A stretch of DNA of 32,519 bases. Origin: Ionaspis alba. Its lineage: Eukaryota. Below the pieces are notes generated by a model, which searched no databases, was not told where the DNA came from, and worked only from the letters and a program-made list of their open reading frames with translations. The position numbers and the translations under genes are program-made. Shown here in pieces: positions 21,922 through 32,519 of this stretch. Positions within the stretch are counted from its first letter, which is position 1; each line of letters starts with the position of its first letter. The stretch covers positions 1 through 32,519 of the forward strand of contig CAXUUL010000103.1 of the NCBI GenBank assembly GCA_964255285.1. The letters run 5' to 3'.

Positions 21922-22499
21922 AAGCGTGTGCCTGGAGATCAGTCTTGTTGAATAGCTCCTTGAATCAATTGTTCGCCACGAGAAGAGAATGTTAGATATT
22001 AGACATGAGAATATTGATGGAGATAAAGTTCGAAATAGTAGAAATTTTCTAGTATAGGACTGTGTAGGTTAGGGATGCAATGAGGATAAGTTGCCAAGAC
22101 CAGTGCACGGTCCACTCCCATGTATTACAGCTTGCGATACAACGATACCGGTCCGAGCAGCTTCCGCTCCCCTTCTGGGCGTGCCTCAATTCACGGGTAT
22201 CTTTTCATTGCTCGAAAACTTGGTGTACAGTCTCACAGCCCGTTGCTATTATCTCAATTAGTGGTGCCATAGTTGAGGATCTCGAAACCCTCATAAACCA
22301 GGCCCACTCGTCCTCGAAGCGACACAGACCCAGGAAGCTACCTATCTGGGGAAGGGATCCCCGCTAGCTCTCAGTGCTGCTGGGCGGATTTACCCTGTCC
22401 TGACAGAAGCGTACTCGTAGTGGAACCGTGGGAGAACAGAGTTGGCCTAGCTCCTGGCCTAATTAGTGCGCTCAATGTGACGAACCTAATCGAGACAAG

Positions 22500-22997
22500 C
22501 TCCTTTCTTTCTCTCCCCGAAACCTACCTCGAACTTCTACTCTAGTCCCTTCTCCTTCGCCCTCTCTCCCATCGTTTCACTCTTCCTTCAGCCTGAATCT
22601 TGGGAACATCGGCGTCGGGTTGGAAGCGCCTCTCTTTCGAGTCCTTCTCTTCCTCTTCTCTCTTGTTCGTCTCCTTTTTCCTTCTTGTCGACTTCCGGTT
22701 CCTGTCAGTAGCCTGGTTCCGTCGCGGTTGCATCTAGCTTTCACTCGCGGCCGTCCTGCAACTTTTCCATAAGCCTTCGCGACTTTATCCTTTCGGCCTG
22801 TTCCTTTCGCTGAGATATTGCCATCTGCTCTTATTATTCCTAGCTCTTATTCTCTATCGCCGCGTCCGAAGCTCGCATCGGAGGTTCCCAGCGCTTAAGA
22901 GCTCGCAACCGCTCAACTTGATCTCAAATCTTTATCCACCAGGAAGAAACCAGTCTTTCCGCTTCCCCTTCCTCAAAACTCGACTCTGGCTCCCACG
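22500..22997 (+). promoter_or_regulatory. Pyrimidine-rich promoter/5' leader of PUB1
   Basis: About 500 nt strongly enriched in C/T tracts with no ATG seen, directly upstream of the PUB1 start. CT-rich leaders are typical of filamentous fungi. Confidence 0.5.
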
Positions 22998-24915
22998 ATG
23001 GCAGACACTCCACCTTCTTCTTCGGCCGCCTCTCTGCCTCCACTTCCTCAAACAGCTGCAGCCCCAGGCCAACAGGACTATTCCGGCTCAAATACCAATG
23101 GACAGAGCAATCCAGCGCACATGCCACCACCACCATTACCTCCTGTGGTGATTCCTCAGAACAACAATCCCATTCCAACTGCCATGACATCTCCCTTTTC
23201 CAGTGGTGGGATGATGTCGCCAACGAGTTCCGGGGGATCAGTTCGGCGTGCCGCACCAGAGCCAAACAAGCGGGCATTGTATGTTGGAGGACTAGACCCA
23301 CGAGTGTCCGAGGATGTGTTGAGGCAGATCTTTGAGACAACTGGTCATGTCCAGAATGTCAAAATCATTCCTGATAAGAATGTAGGTGCTGTCAGTATCA
23401 ATTTTATCTTTTAACAGCCGATGTTTATCATCCGAGTGCTTGCGCCCAGCTTAACGTCTTTCTCGGGAAGCTCATTAGCAAGTTCGCGGAAAATGGTCTA
23501 GCACGCGTGAAACCGCGTAGACCGCACAATCCCATTTTTGACTTTGGATTTCTTCCTCCTTCCCAATTACCAGGCACTCCATCAACACCCCTGTTGCAGG
23601 CACCTTGAACTTTCTTTGGCTGACAACTTTTGCGTCACAGGTGAAAGGTTTTAATTACGGCTTCATTGAGTACGACGACCCCGGTGCAGCGGAACGAGCT
23701 ATGCAGACCCTCAATGGCCGCAGAGTCCATCAGTCGGTAAGTGCAATCGGAAATATTCAAGAATCAACATATATCTAATGATTTCCCGGTCTACAGGAGA
23801 TCCGTGTCAATTGGGCATATCAATCCAATACCGCCAACAAGGAAGATACCTCCAATCACTTCCACATCTTCGTCGGCGATCTCAGCAATGAGGTCAACGA
23901 TGAGGTTCTGCTCCAAGCCTTCTCTGCGTTTGGTTCGGTTTCGGAAGCTCGTGTGATGTGGGACATGAAGACTGGTCGCTCCCGTGGCTATGGATTCGTT
24001 GCGTTCCGCGAGCGAACTGACGCGGAGAAAGCACTTAGTTCGATGGACGGAGAATGGCTTGGATCTCGCGCTATTCGATGCAACTGGGCAAACCAGAAGG
24101 GCCAGCCTTCGATTTCTCAACAACAAGCCATGGCTTCGATGGGCATGACACCCACCACACCATTCAGCGGTCATCATCATTTCCCTACCAACGGCGTCCA
24201 GAGCTACGAAATGATCGTTCAGCAGACTCCTCAGTGGCAGACTACTTGCTATGTCGGAAATTTGACCCCATATACTACACAAAACGATCTCGTACCTCTA
24301 TTTCAGAACTTCGGATTCGTAGTCGAGACAAGATTTCAATCCGATCGTGGATTTGCCTTCATCAAGATGGACACCCATGAAAATGCTGCGATGGCGATCT
24401 GTCAGCTGTCTGGCTACAATGTTAACGGTCGGCCACTAAAATGCAGCGTAGGTTAAATCTTCGGTATATCACCCCATAGTCATGCTGATCCGCTTTGCCG
24501 CTTCTAGTGGGGTAAAGATCGTCCTCCTACCGGTCAATTCGACGGGTATTCGCCCCAAGCGCCCCAAACCCCAAATTTCGCTCAACCTTCGCCGGGCTAC
24601 GGATTCCCTCAGTATGGTGGAGCTGGTCCCATGAGCCCCCAAGGTGGCCCACATTCCACCGCCGCCATGTCAGGATATCAACCAAGTCATCAATCTCCAG
24701 GCTCGGGTCCAAGTCCCGGCCGTGCTTACAATCCTGGGCAAGGAGGGTTTCCATCGGCCGGCTTCCCTCCCCAGGGCTATGGTCAGATGCCAGGCAGCGC
24801 TAGCGGGTATGGTCACGATCAGAATTCGGCAGGAGGCTGGGGGGGTCAGCCAAGTGCGTCTGGGTTTCCTAGGAATCCGCCGAACGGAGGCAACAACACT
24901 TTCGGAGGGTACTAA
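22998..24915 (+). CDS. PUB1: Nuclear and cytoplasmic polyadenylated RNA-binding protein Pub1 (TIA-1/TIAR family; 3 RRMs + low-complexity tail), about 512-515 aa; exons 22998-23381 (or 23390), 23641-23736, 23797-24447, 24508-24915
   Basis: RRM1 ALYVGGL..KGFNYGFIEY, RRM2 HIFVGDLSNEVND..SRGYGFVAF, RRM3 CYVGNL..RGFAFIKM..LKCSWGKDR. All introns are GT-AG and keep the frame. Confidence 0.94.
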
Positions 24916-25581
24916 GCTACATCCAATACCGCACCACAGCCGGCCCGCCCACGACTATGATGCTCCATGTCTCAGTCCTCACCACGACGATGTGCAGATG
25001 ACTTCTACCACACCTGGTCTGCATCTGGGTGGATTTACCAACAGACCGTTCGTCGGACATCTCCTCCCTTGTTGTTGAAAAAGTTCTTTTGTCTTTCGGC
25101 GACCTGGATAATCTTTCTTATTGGGTCCCCTGTGCGACATCGTACAAAAGTATTGTGGAACCACATGTGTGAGTCGAGTACCTCTACATAGCGATTGTGT
25201 TGGCCACTCTGTTTTCCCTTCGCCTTCCTTTCACGAGTCACGAATTCCATAAAGGTTTATTGCTCACTCTGTTGGACTTGGTCGTCGCTCCACAATACCC
25301 AAAATGTACTTTCCTCGGTCTTTCGAGTGTCCATCAATTCAAGAAGATGGAATAGTCTAGATTGCATAGGTTTTCGCCTTAATCAAGTACGCATGCTCCT
25401 TGTATTGTGAGCCCCCAAACCTTACGGGAACGTGCGGCATATGCGATGTAATTTATCCATGGCTCCGGCTTTCATTCGTAATTGCAAAGCATGTATTCCA
25501 CCTTCTCCACCTCCTCATCTGTTCCCATCACCTTACAATAGAAATGCAAACTCGATGACCGTATAAACAATGCTGTGCATC

Positions 25582-25672
25582 CACGTGCACGTGCGAACTC
25601 CATGAAGTCGTACGCCAAGGCGCTAGATAAGAAAGTCGCGATGAGAACGCGAGGCAAACAAACTTTATATAT
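25582..25672 (+). promoter_or_regulatory. Putative PIF1 promoter elements: tandem E-boxes, MCB-like site, TATA-like box
   Basis: CACGTGCACGTG at 25582-25593, ACGCGA at 25647-25652 (MCB-like, typical of S-phase/DNA-metabolism genes), and TATATAT near 25666-25672. These motifs are short, so a chance match is possible. Confidence 0.3.
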
Positions 25673-25933
25673 TTCAGCTTGTAACAGATGCATCGCTTCC
25701 GATCAACTCAATTGAAACTGCTCCGAGTCTCACTCCGGTAGCCCCAGGCGACTGCAAAGACGAATCCTCTTCGGGACATCAGGGTGGCAAGCTGCTCTAG
25801 GCTTGCAGCATTCTCAACATGCTTAGCACTCCGGCGGCGAATTAGGCTCTCATTACTCCTCGGTCAACAACCGAAATCAGCCACTCTTCTACGCAAATTT
25901 GGCTCATCTTGTACTCTTCAGACGACAGACACG

Positions 25934-28583
25934 ATGTTTCATCAAGCTGTGCAGCAGCATGATGCTGTAACGCCCCGAAAGACATTGGCGCAGCAACTTT
26001 TCCCCTCCAGCAGTCCTGGTGCCACGCACGGTAACATAGCTGGCAATGCTCGGGCCACACTGCAATCACAGAATACACTGCAGCCAAGTCCATCGTCGGC
26101 CATTAATATAAAATTAGGTTCTGTTATACCTATGAAGCGGACGGCGTCTCAATCACACAAATTCGAGCCAGTTTTGAGCAACCCAGCTTCGGTGCCGCGA
26201 ACGTCCACTATACAGGGCCATTCTAAAGTGCGGTTGGGTACCGGCGGTGGTATAGTTGGGAGACTACATGATGGGGTGTACTTCGACGAAAACGACTTTG
26301 TGAACGATGCCGAGCTAGACCTCGATGAAGACTCTGGTTTCGATCGTCAAATCTCTACTTCAAAGGCACCGGTACCACAGCCACCGGTACAGGATTCGCT
26401 GTCGCCTGTGGGCACCGTACCATCAAGCAACGTACCATTGGACTGGTCGTCTTCGCCACCGACTCACGAAAATCGACTCGACACGGACCGTTCTGAACCT
26501 CGGACCAAGAAGCAACTCGAAACGGCAGACAACGACCGCGGAGAAGCCAGCCCGAAATTAAAGATCGGTAGTGCTGCTCCACGCTCTCGAAAGCGTGGAA
26601 CATTACCATGGCTGAAAAACCAACAAGTCCAGGAGTCGATGAAAGGACCGCCAGCTCAGATACCACAAGCCTTTGACCGTAGCAGGAGAGGTCAGAGGAA
26701 AAGGTCGTCAACATCTACCGATTCATTCACACCTTTGCCAAAGGACAACGAAGACTCTCATTACCTCTGGAATAAGAGCGCCAGTGCATTGAAGGATGAG
26801 CAGAAGAAGAAGAAGCGTCAGCAAGCCCTTAATGGGGGGAACAGCATCAGCGTGGGCGAAGGCAACAGCGAAATGATCACAGCGTCGAAAAGGGTTCCAA
26901 GACGCAAGCCTGTAGCTAAGGTGTTTCTCAGCCAGGAGCAGCGAAAGGTGCTTGATCTTGTTGCAGAGGGGAAAAAGAGCGTCTTTTTTACTGGGTCTGC
27001 AGGGACGGGCAAGTCCGTTCTACTGCGAGAAATTATCAACGTCCTGAGACAAAAGCACAATAAGGAGCTCGACCGCGTTGCAGTCACAGCTTCAACCGGT
27101 CTGGCTGCATGTAACGTGGGCGGCATTACCTTACATAGCTTCGGTGGAATAGGCTTGGGAAAGGAATCAGTCCCGGAGCTGGTGAAGAAAATCAAGAGAA
27201 ACCAGAAGGCAAGGAACCGGTGGATTAGAACCAAGGTTTTGGTCATTGATGAGATATCCATGGTTGATGGCGACCTTTTCGACAAACTTGAAGGGATCGC
27301 TCGCATCATTAGGAACAACGGTAGACCCTTCGGAGGAATCCAGCTTGTGATCACTGGAGACTTCTTCCAATTACCCCCTGTGCCAGATTATGGCAAGGTC
27401 GCGAAATTTGCTTTCGACGCTGCCACATGGACCACTTCTATCGATCACACCATTGGCTTGACACAGGTTTTCCGCCAAAAAGATCCTGGTGAGCACGTAA
27501 CCTCCTTCAAGTGATGGCGGAAGTATTGACACGGACAGTTTTTGCCAATATGTTGAACGAGATGCGTCTCGGAAACTTATCACAGAAATCAATAGCCGCA
27601 TTCCACACTCTCAATCGTCCGTTGAATATCAACGACAACCTCGAAGCTACAGAGCTGTAAGTTGCGCATATGGCGATATTTCCTGATCAGAGTTGTCGTG
27701 CTGAAACTAGACCAGCTTCCCAACACGGACTGAAGTGGACAATGCCAATAACATTCGGATGAAAAACCTGAAAGGCCTGGCAATGGATTTCACCGCAACT
27801 GATGGTGGACTCATAACCGACACAGCACAACGTGACAAGCTGCTCTCCAACTGTATGGCGCCGCAGAAAATCACCCTGAAAGAAGGTGCTCAGGTTATGC
27901 TCATCAAGAACATGGATGAATCATTGGTCAATGGCTCCATTGGCAAGGTTGTACGATTCACGACTGCGAAAGCTTACGCAGACTACGTAGAGAACGAGGA
28001 CGACATCGAAGAAGCCGAAATGCTGGGCCTGAGTCATGAAGCTATGGAGAAGTCCAGGTCGAAGATCAAGTCCTTCATGGGTCAAGAACCCACTGGCAGC
28101 ACAAGTCCAAAATGGCCAATGGTAAAGTTCCTGGTTGCGGACGGTACGACACGGCAGATGTTATTACAGCCTGAATTATGGAAGATTGAGCTTCCTAATG
28201 GCGAGATTCAGGCTTCTCGCCTCCAAGTGCCGTTAATACTTTCGTGGGCTCTCTCGATCCACAAGGCCCAGGGACAAACGCTGGAAAGAGTGAAGGTAGA
28301 CTTGGGGAAGATTTTCGAGAAAGGCCAAGCCTACGTGGCTTTGAGCCGAGCCACATCCCAGGAAGGTTTACAGATCAGCAGATTTGACCCGAAAAAAGTA
28401 ATGGTTCATGAAAAGGTTCGCAACTTCTACAACAGCTTGTACAACATTGAACAAGCAGCCAAGCGATCGGATCACGCGTCTGAATCTGGAAGGAAGAAGG
28501 CAATGGACTATGATGAAGATCATCCGAGAGGAGGAATGGTGTTCGAGGAGGACGAAGAGGCTATGAGGGAGTTATTGGCTTGA
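25934..28583 (+). CDS. PIF1: ATP-dependent 5'-3' DNA helicase Pif1, about 846 aa from the first directly usable in-frame ATG; exons 25934-27488, 27539-27656, 27716-28583
   Basis: Helicase motifs FFTGSAGTGKS, VAVTASTGLAA, VIDEISM, PFGGIQLVITGDFFQLPPV, QVFRQKD, ELFPTR, QVPLILSWALSIHKAQGQTL and GQAYVALSRA. Introns 27489-27538 and 27657-27715 restore DPVFANMLNEMRLG and ELFPTR. Confidence 0.95.
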
Positions 28584-28923
28584 TTTGCATGTTCTGGAGG
28601 TGCATCAGTGCTTGGAGTTTCGTCGTGGTTGTGTTGTGCCCTGCATTCCATATGCCGACCTTCCCAGGCTTCCCGACACTTCTAGATATACGCTGTTAGT
28701 TAGAAAGCCCACAAGACGTTCAAGCAGCAGCCTGCATGGGTATGACCAAATTGAGAACATCGATCGAGGCAAACGTGGTCCTTCCTCGGCTGGATCCGTC
28801 ATCCTCGCATGGTAGTAAATATTATCGATTTTGACTCGATAATACTCAGTTCTGACTGTAAGATTGATCTCCTTGCCGCCATGAATTGTTCCTTCTATGC
28901 AGGACAGCGCACGCTCTAGCATG

Positions 28924-31478
28924 ATGGCTTCAGAATTTATTGGGTCTACTGTGCTAGTCACGCTCCGTTCACCTCCCGATGGGCAAGTCCGCGGGGTTGT
29001 TACGGCCATTGCTGGTCAACATCTGACACTCCACGAAGGTATTTCCTCTAGGACTCTAAGCTGTACCGGACGAGCATAACAATCCTCACTCTAGTCGTCT
29101 GGCTCACCTCGGGACGCCGCAGTTCCTCTTTCCACATTGACGCAAAAAACATCCTTGACCTCGAGGTGACCCCAGAGGTCAAGGCTCACAACTCTTCAAA
29201 AACGATTCTCGACCATCAGCACAATAGCCAGACAGACAGACATAATGACCAGCGACTACCTACCCACTCCCATTCATCGCCGGTACAGACGGGGTCTTCT
29301 CCTGCTCCCTCAACGCAAATGCATGATAGCGCCCTTATCGATCCAGCTATCATCAGCTTTGCGAAGCCACCAGGGAACTCCACCGCATCACTCCCAATTC
29401 GGTCACCAAAAGTGCATCGCCCTCCTATACCTCGACAGATGCTCGATGAAGCCGTAAAAGGAAGTCCTGCGCGAGCCACCCCTACGATTCCCACAGAGCC
29501 TGTGGTACCTACGACTACAAAGCCCCGCCCCGCTAAAGGAGCCTCTTCCAGAGTAGGCGGACATGACTTGCTAGCAACTGCTACTTTGTCTAGGCCGTTT
29601 GATGATCTTTCTGTGAACGCCGCTGGCAGTATCGATGAGGCTTTTGACCCTCAAACGGCAGAGTTGGGTACGCACGGAGGCAAAGGAGAGCAGGTTCAAT
29701 TAGACGCAGGTCCAACTGATGCTGGTAATTCTAGTAAACCCGTCACTAAAAGAACAAGGAGGGGCACGAAAGGCAAAGGCACGAGGAATGGATTCGCACA
29801 AGCACCTCCTGTGGCCTTGCAACAAATGGAAGATCTTGAATCATCTCCCCTCGCTGTGAGGCGCGAGAGAAGAGTGGCTCAGTCTAAAACGGCTACAAAG
29901 GCTGATATGCGCGGAGACGAGTTGTCTCCCGCTCGGAAGCATTTGCGGCCTGGAAGTCAGTCTAAGAAACATTTAGATCAGCGCACGCACACTGGGCGAC
30001 GACGGGTCGGGGAGGCTCTTAATGGCTGGGCCACGGAGGATGCTACAGACATCCAGGAAATGGGTGACTTTGACTTTGTTGGCAATCTGTCTAAATTTGA
30101 CAAGGGAGAGGTGTTCAGACAACTTCGAAGAGACGACACTACGGCAGACGAAGCACGACTTGTCAGTCATAATCGCCTACCGCCCAGAGCTGGGACTGCA
30201 GGCGGAAAGAACCTACACTGGACTGAAAATGTTCTCGATTCGCCCAAGACGAATGGACATACAAGGTGGACTAGTGAGGCAGATGAAAGTGAAGAAGGAG
30301 TCGGTGAGACAAGATTAAGCAGCGGACAAAGTTCAAGAAGGAACACCTCTCGGACTGCTGTTCGGAAACCTCCTTCTCGGAAAGGAAGCACCAAAGGAGG
30401 AGACAGTCAATCGTTCACAACCACAAAACTCCTGACGGCCTCCGTTGGGAGTGTGCGGTACTCTTCTCTCGATCAGACGGGCAGCCCGAGACCCAGGCGT
30501 AACTTGTCGAACTCGCCATTCACTGGAGCTTTGAACCCTTCCCGACCGTCGTTAAGAGTGATTGGATCTAACAAATTATGTCCATGTCTCAGCCCATTGC
30601 AGATGCTAGAATTCGAGCAGTTCGCTGTCACCGAGCTTGGTCTGACGGAAGACATAATGACCGAAAACGCTGGCAGAGGGATTGCCGAAGTCTCCTTGAG
30701 CGCTGTCCAAGGACTAGAAAAAGACTTTGGCCCACAAGCTAGTTTGCCAAATCCAACCATCCTCATAGTCGCCGGGAATCACAAAACTGGAGCACGATCA
30801 CTTGCAGCTGCTCGCCATCTGAGGAATCACGGTTTTCGGATATTTGCCACTGTTATGGGTCTAGAAAGGGAGGAGGATCTGCTAGACGTCGTTAAGCAGC
30901 AAGCGAACGCATACCGTAAGGCTGCCGGGAGCTTGCTCAAGCCGAATGAGCTTCTCGAGCGACTGAAAAATATGCAGCAACACCCGACTCTCCTGGTTGA
31001 TGCTCTACTTGCTACACATACATGTTTTGAAGATCTGCGACGAGAAGATCAAGCGTTTTACTTTCAACTTGTCCTCTGGGCAAATCGTACTGAGATTCAG
31101 ATTGTCTCTATTGATGTGCCTTCGGGTCTTGATGCTTCCACTGGTATGAAATCTCCGTGCTCTATGATCTATGACTATACCCTTCTGTCTCCTGGATTTC
31201 ATTGAATCCCACGCTGATCCTTTACAGGCGAGCTTACTACTATTGATGGTGAACCGCTCGCCTTCTTTCCCAAGTCCATACTCTCTCTAGGTGCACCAAA
31301 GCCGTTCCTCATGACCATGCTCAAGGAAGTGGGTGCCAAGGACACCACCCAACTCTACCTTGCCGATATCGGGATTAGCAATATTGCTTGGAAGCGGCTC
31401 GGTAACAGGCGCAGTCGTGGAATTGACTTTGGGGGCAGTTGGATCTTGAAATTAAGATATCAAGGCGGCGTTGAATGA
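28924..31478 (+). CDS. EDC3: Enhancer of mRNA decapping Edc3 (Lsm, DFDF/FDF and YjeF_N domains), about 804 aa; exons 28924-29038, 29095-31143, 31228-31478
   Basis: Lsm N-terminus MASEFIGSTVLVTL..GQVRGVV. GWATEDATDIQEMGDFDFVGNLSKFDK..RLVSHN (DFDF/FDF). YjeF_N motifs MTENAGRGIA, VAGNHKTGA, SIDVPSG, LGAPK, LADIGI. Alternative start ATG at 28921. Confidence 0.92.
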
Positions 31479-32017
31479 GCCTTTAAGTTGGCTGTCTTTG
31501 CTGTGTTCAGTACTCCAGGACGTGCTCCCGTTCATATCTTTGGCTTTTGTATGGCGTCCGGGAGTCCGAGGACTTATACGGTGGTATGTCTTACTCACGC
31601 CATCATTACTTTGGTAGACTATGGCGATCATGTAGATTGAAATGGGCCCGTAGCTGTGGGGTGATGGCATCTGGATTTACGATCGAACTGTTCCATTCGA
31701 AGCAAGATCGAACTATTCCGCATACTCCAGCTAGTCTGCCTGGCCCAGCCCAAGAGCTTTGTCTCCAGTATGGCGCTTCTAGCCTTTCAGAGTAATGTCC
31801 AATTCGTAGTCCCCTTCTTGAGGCCCATAGGTATGGACGCAGTAATTTTGGGACAAGAATTCTTATAAAGGCAAGACGCTCAGTATTGGAACAAGATCAC
31901 AAAGTCACCCATCAATGTTGTCCAGCTAGACCGTTGGAAATGTAGCAAACGACAACCATAGGCAAGCGTACAGGCCAATTTCGACTTTTAGGAATGGCAG
32001 CTTGCTTTCATGACCGT

Positions 32018-32430
32018 TCACTGGCGTTCAGAGCATTGAGCACTGGCGAGATCTTTACCCGGAAATAGGAACAATTTGATCTCGGTACCGACGACATTGT
32101 CTTTGTTAGAGTGAACGGCGCCGAGTCTCCCATGGTCATCAGTAAGAACACAACATTAGACCTACAGGCGTGATTCAAACAAGAAACTGTAGGCAAGATG
32201 GCCTTTCGCACTCCCGGGTTGTCGAGAGAGTGGTGGTTTCCTTTGAAGATTCCGGTGTCAGAGTGTATTCAGGGAATCGTTTTCCGGACAGAAGAAAGTC
32301 TATTATTTGTCCTCGGAGACTTTACAGAGCTCCACGCAGGAATGCTTCGACAAGAAGTGAGGAGGCGGTCAGATTAGCTGTGGAGCCTCCATGAGGACTC
32401 TATTTATGTTCTCCATTGAAGTGGCATCCA
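32018..32430 (-). pseudogene. Degenerate SET-domain (lysine methyltransferase-like) gene
   Basis: SET-like motifs occur in the right order but in different frames with stops: RVLMEAPQL (about 32401-32375), TGIFKGN..AILPTVSCLNHACRSN (32256-32155), DDHGRLGAVHSNKDNVVGTEI (about 32140-32078). Confidence 0.6.
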
Positions 32431-32519
32431 CCCTCTTTCTTTTGACTTGTACAAAAAATTCCATTCTGAATTAGTATGGAAAACGGGTCATGGGGCGGCC
32501 TTAGTAACGAGGACGATAT

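Noticed and set aside
22542..22733. Arg/Lys/Glu-rich minus-strand ORF
   Set aside because: Artefact of the pyrimidine-rich PUB1 leader read on the opposite strand.
22998..31478. PUB1 and EDC3 (stress-granule/P-body proteins) flanking PIF1 as a functional cluster
   Set aside because: Fungal housekeeping genes are not arranged in operons, and nothing in the sequence shows co-regulation. Adjacency is most simply chance synteny.
1..32519. CRISPR arrays, rRNA, prokaryotic operons or secondary-metabolite backbone genes
   Set aside because: No regularly spaced repeats, rRNA motifs or PKS/NRPS/terpene synthase motifs were seen. The sequence is eukaryotic nuclear DNA.

Overview
Gene-dense, intron-containing DNA from a filamentous ascomycete (Pezizomycotina): short GT-AG introns of about 45-65 nt with CTRAY-like branch points. 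I built spliced models by hand for about 11 protein genes: U-box cyclophilin (PPIL2/Cyp8 type), STE50 adaptor, a GPI-anchored Cys/Ser/Thr-rich protein, a Q/P/G/Y-rich glycine-zipper protein, a PQ-loop vacuolar transporter, a 9-exon ArAE/FUSC-like membrane protein, an F-box/2EXR-like protein, a candidate Mediator Med2/Med29-like subunit, PUB1/TIA-1, PIF1 helicase and EDC3. There is also a frameshifted SET-domain pseudogene at the right end and a 114-bp TG...CA element with a perfect 5-bp target-site duplication at the left end. The strongest leads are post-transcriptional. (1) PIF1 has a mitochondrial-presequence-like extension that no in-frame AUG reaches directly, so it needs a +1 shift at AUG-CUU-AGC, UAG bypass, a weak intron or a non-AUG start. 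(2) The PQ-loop transporter has a spliced, good-context uORF ending Pro-Ala-Pro-Trp-stop, at the head of seven uAUGs. (3) PUB1 intron 1 is long and structured, with tandem in-frame 5' splice sites. All family assignments come from motif recognition, with no database search. No rRNA, tRNA or CRISPR features were seen.
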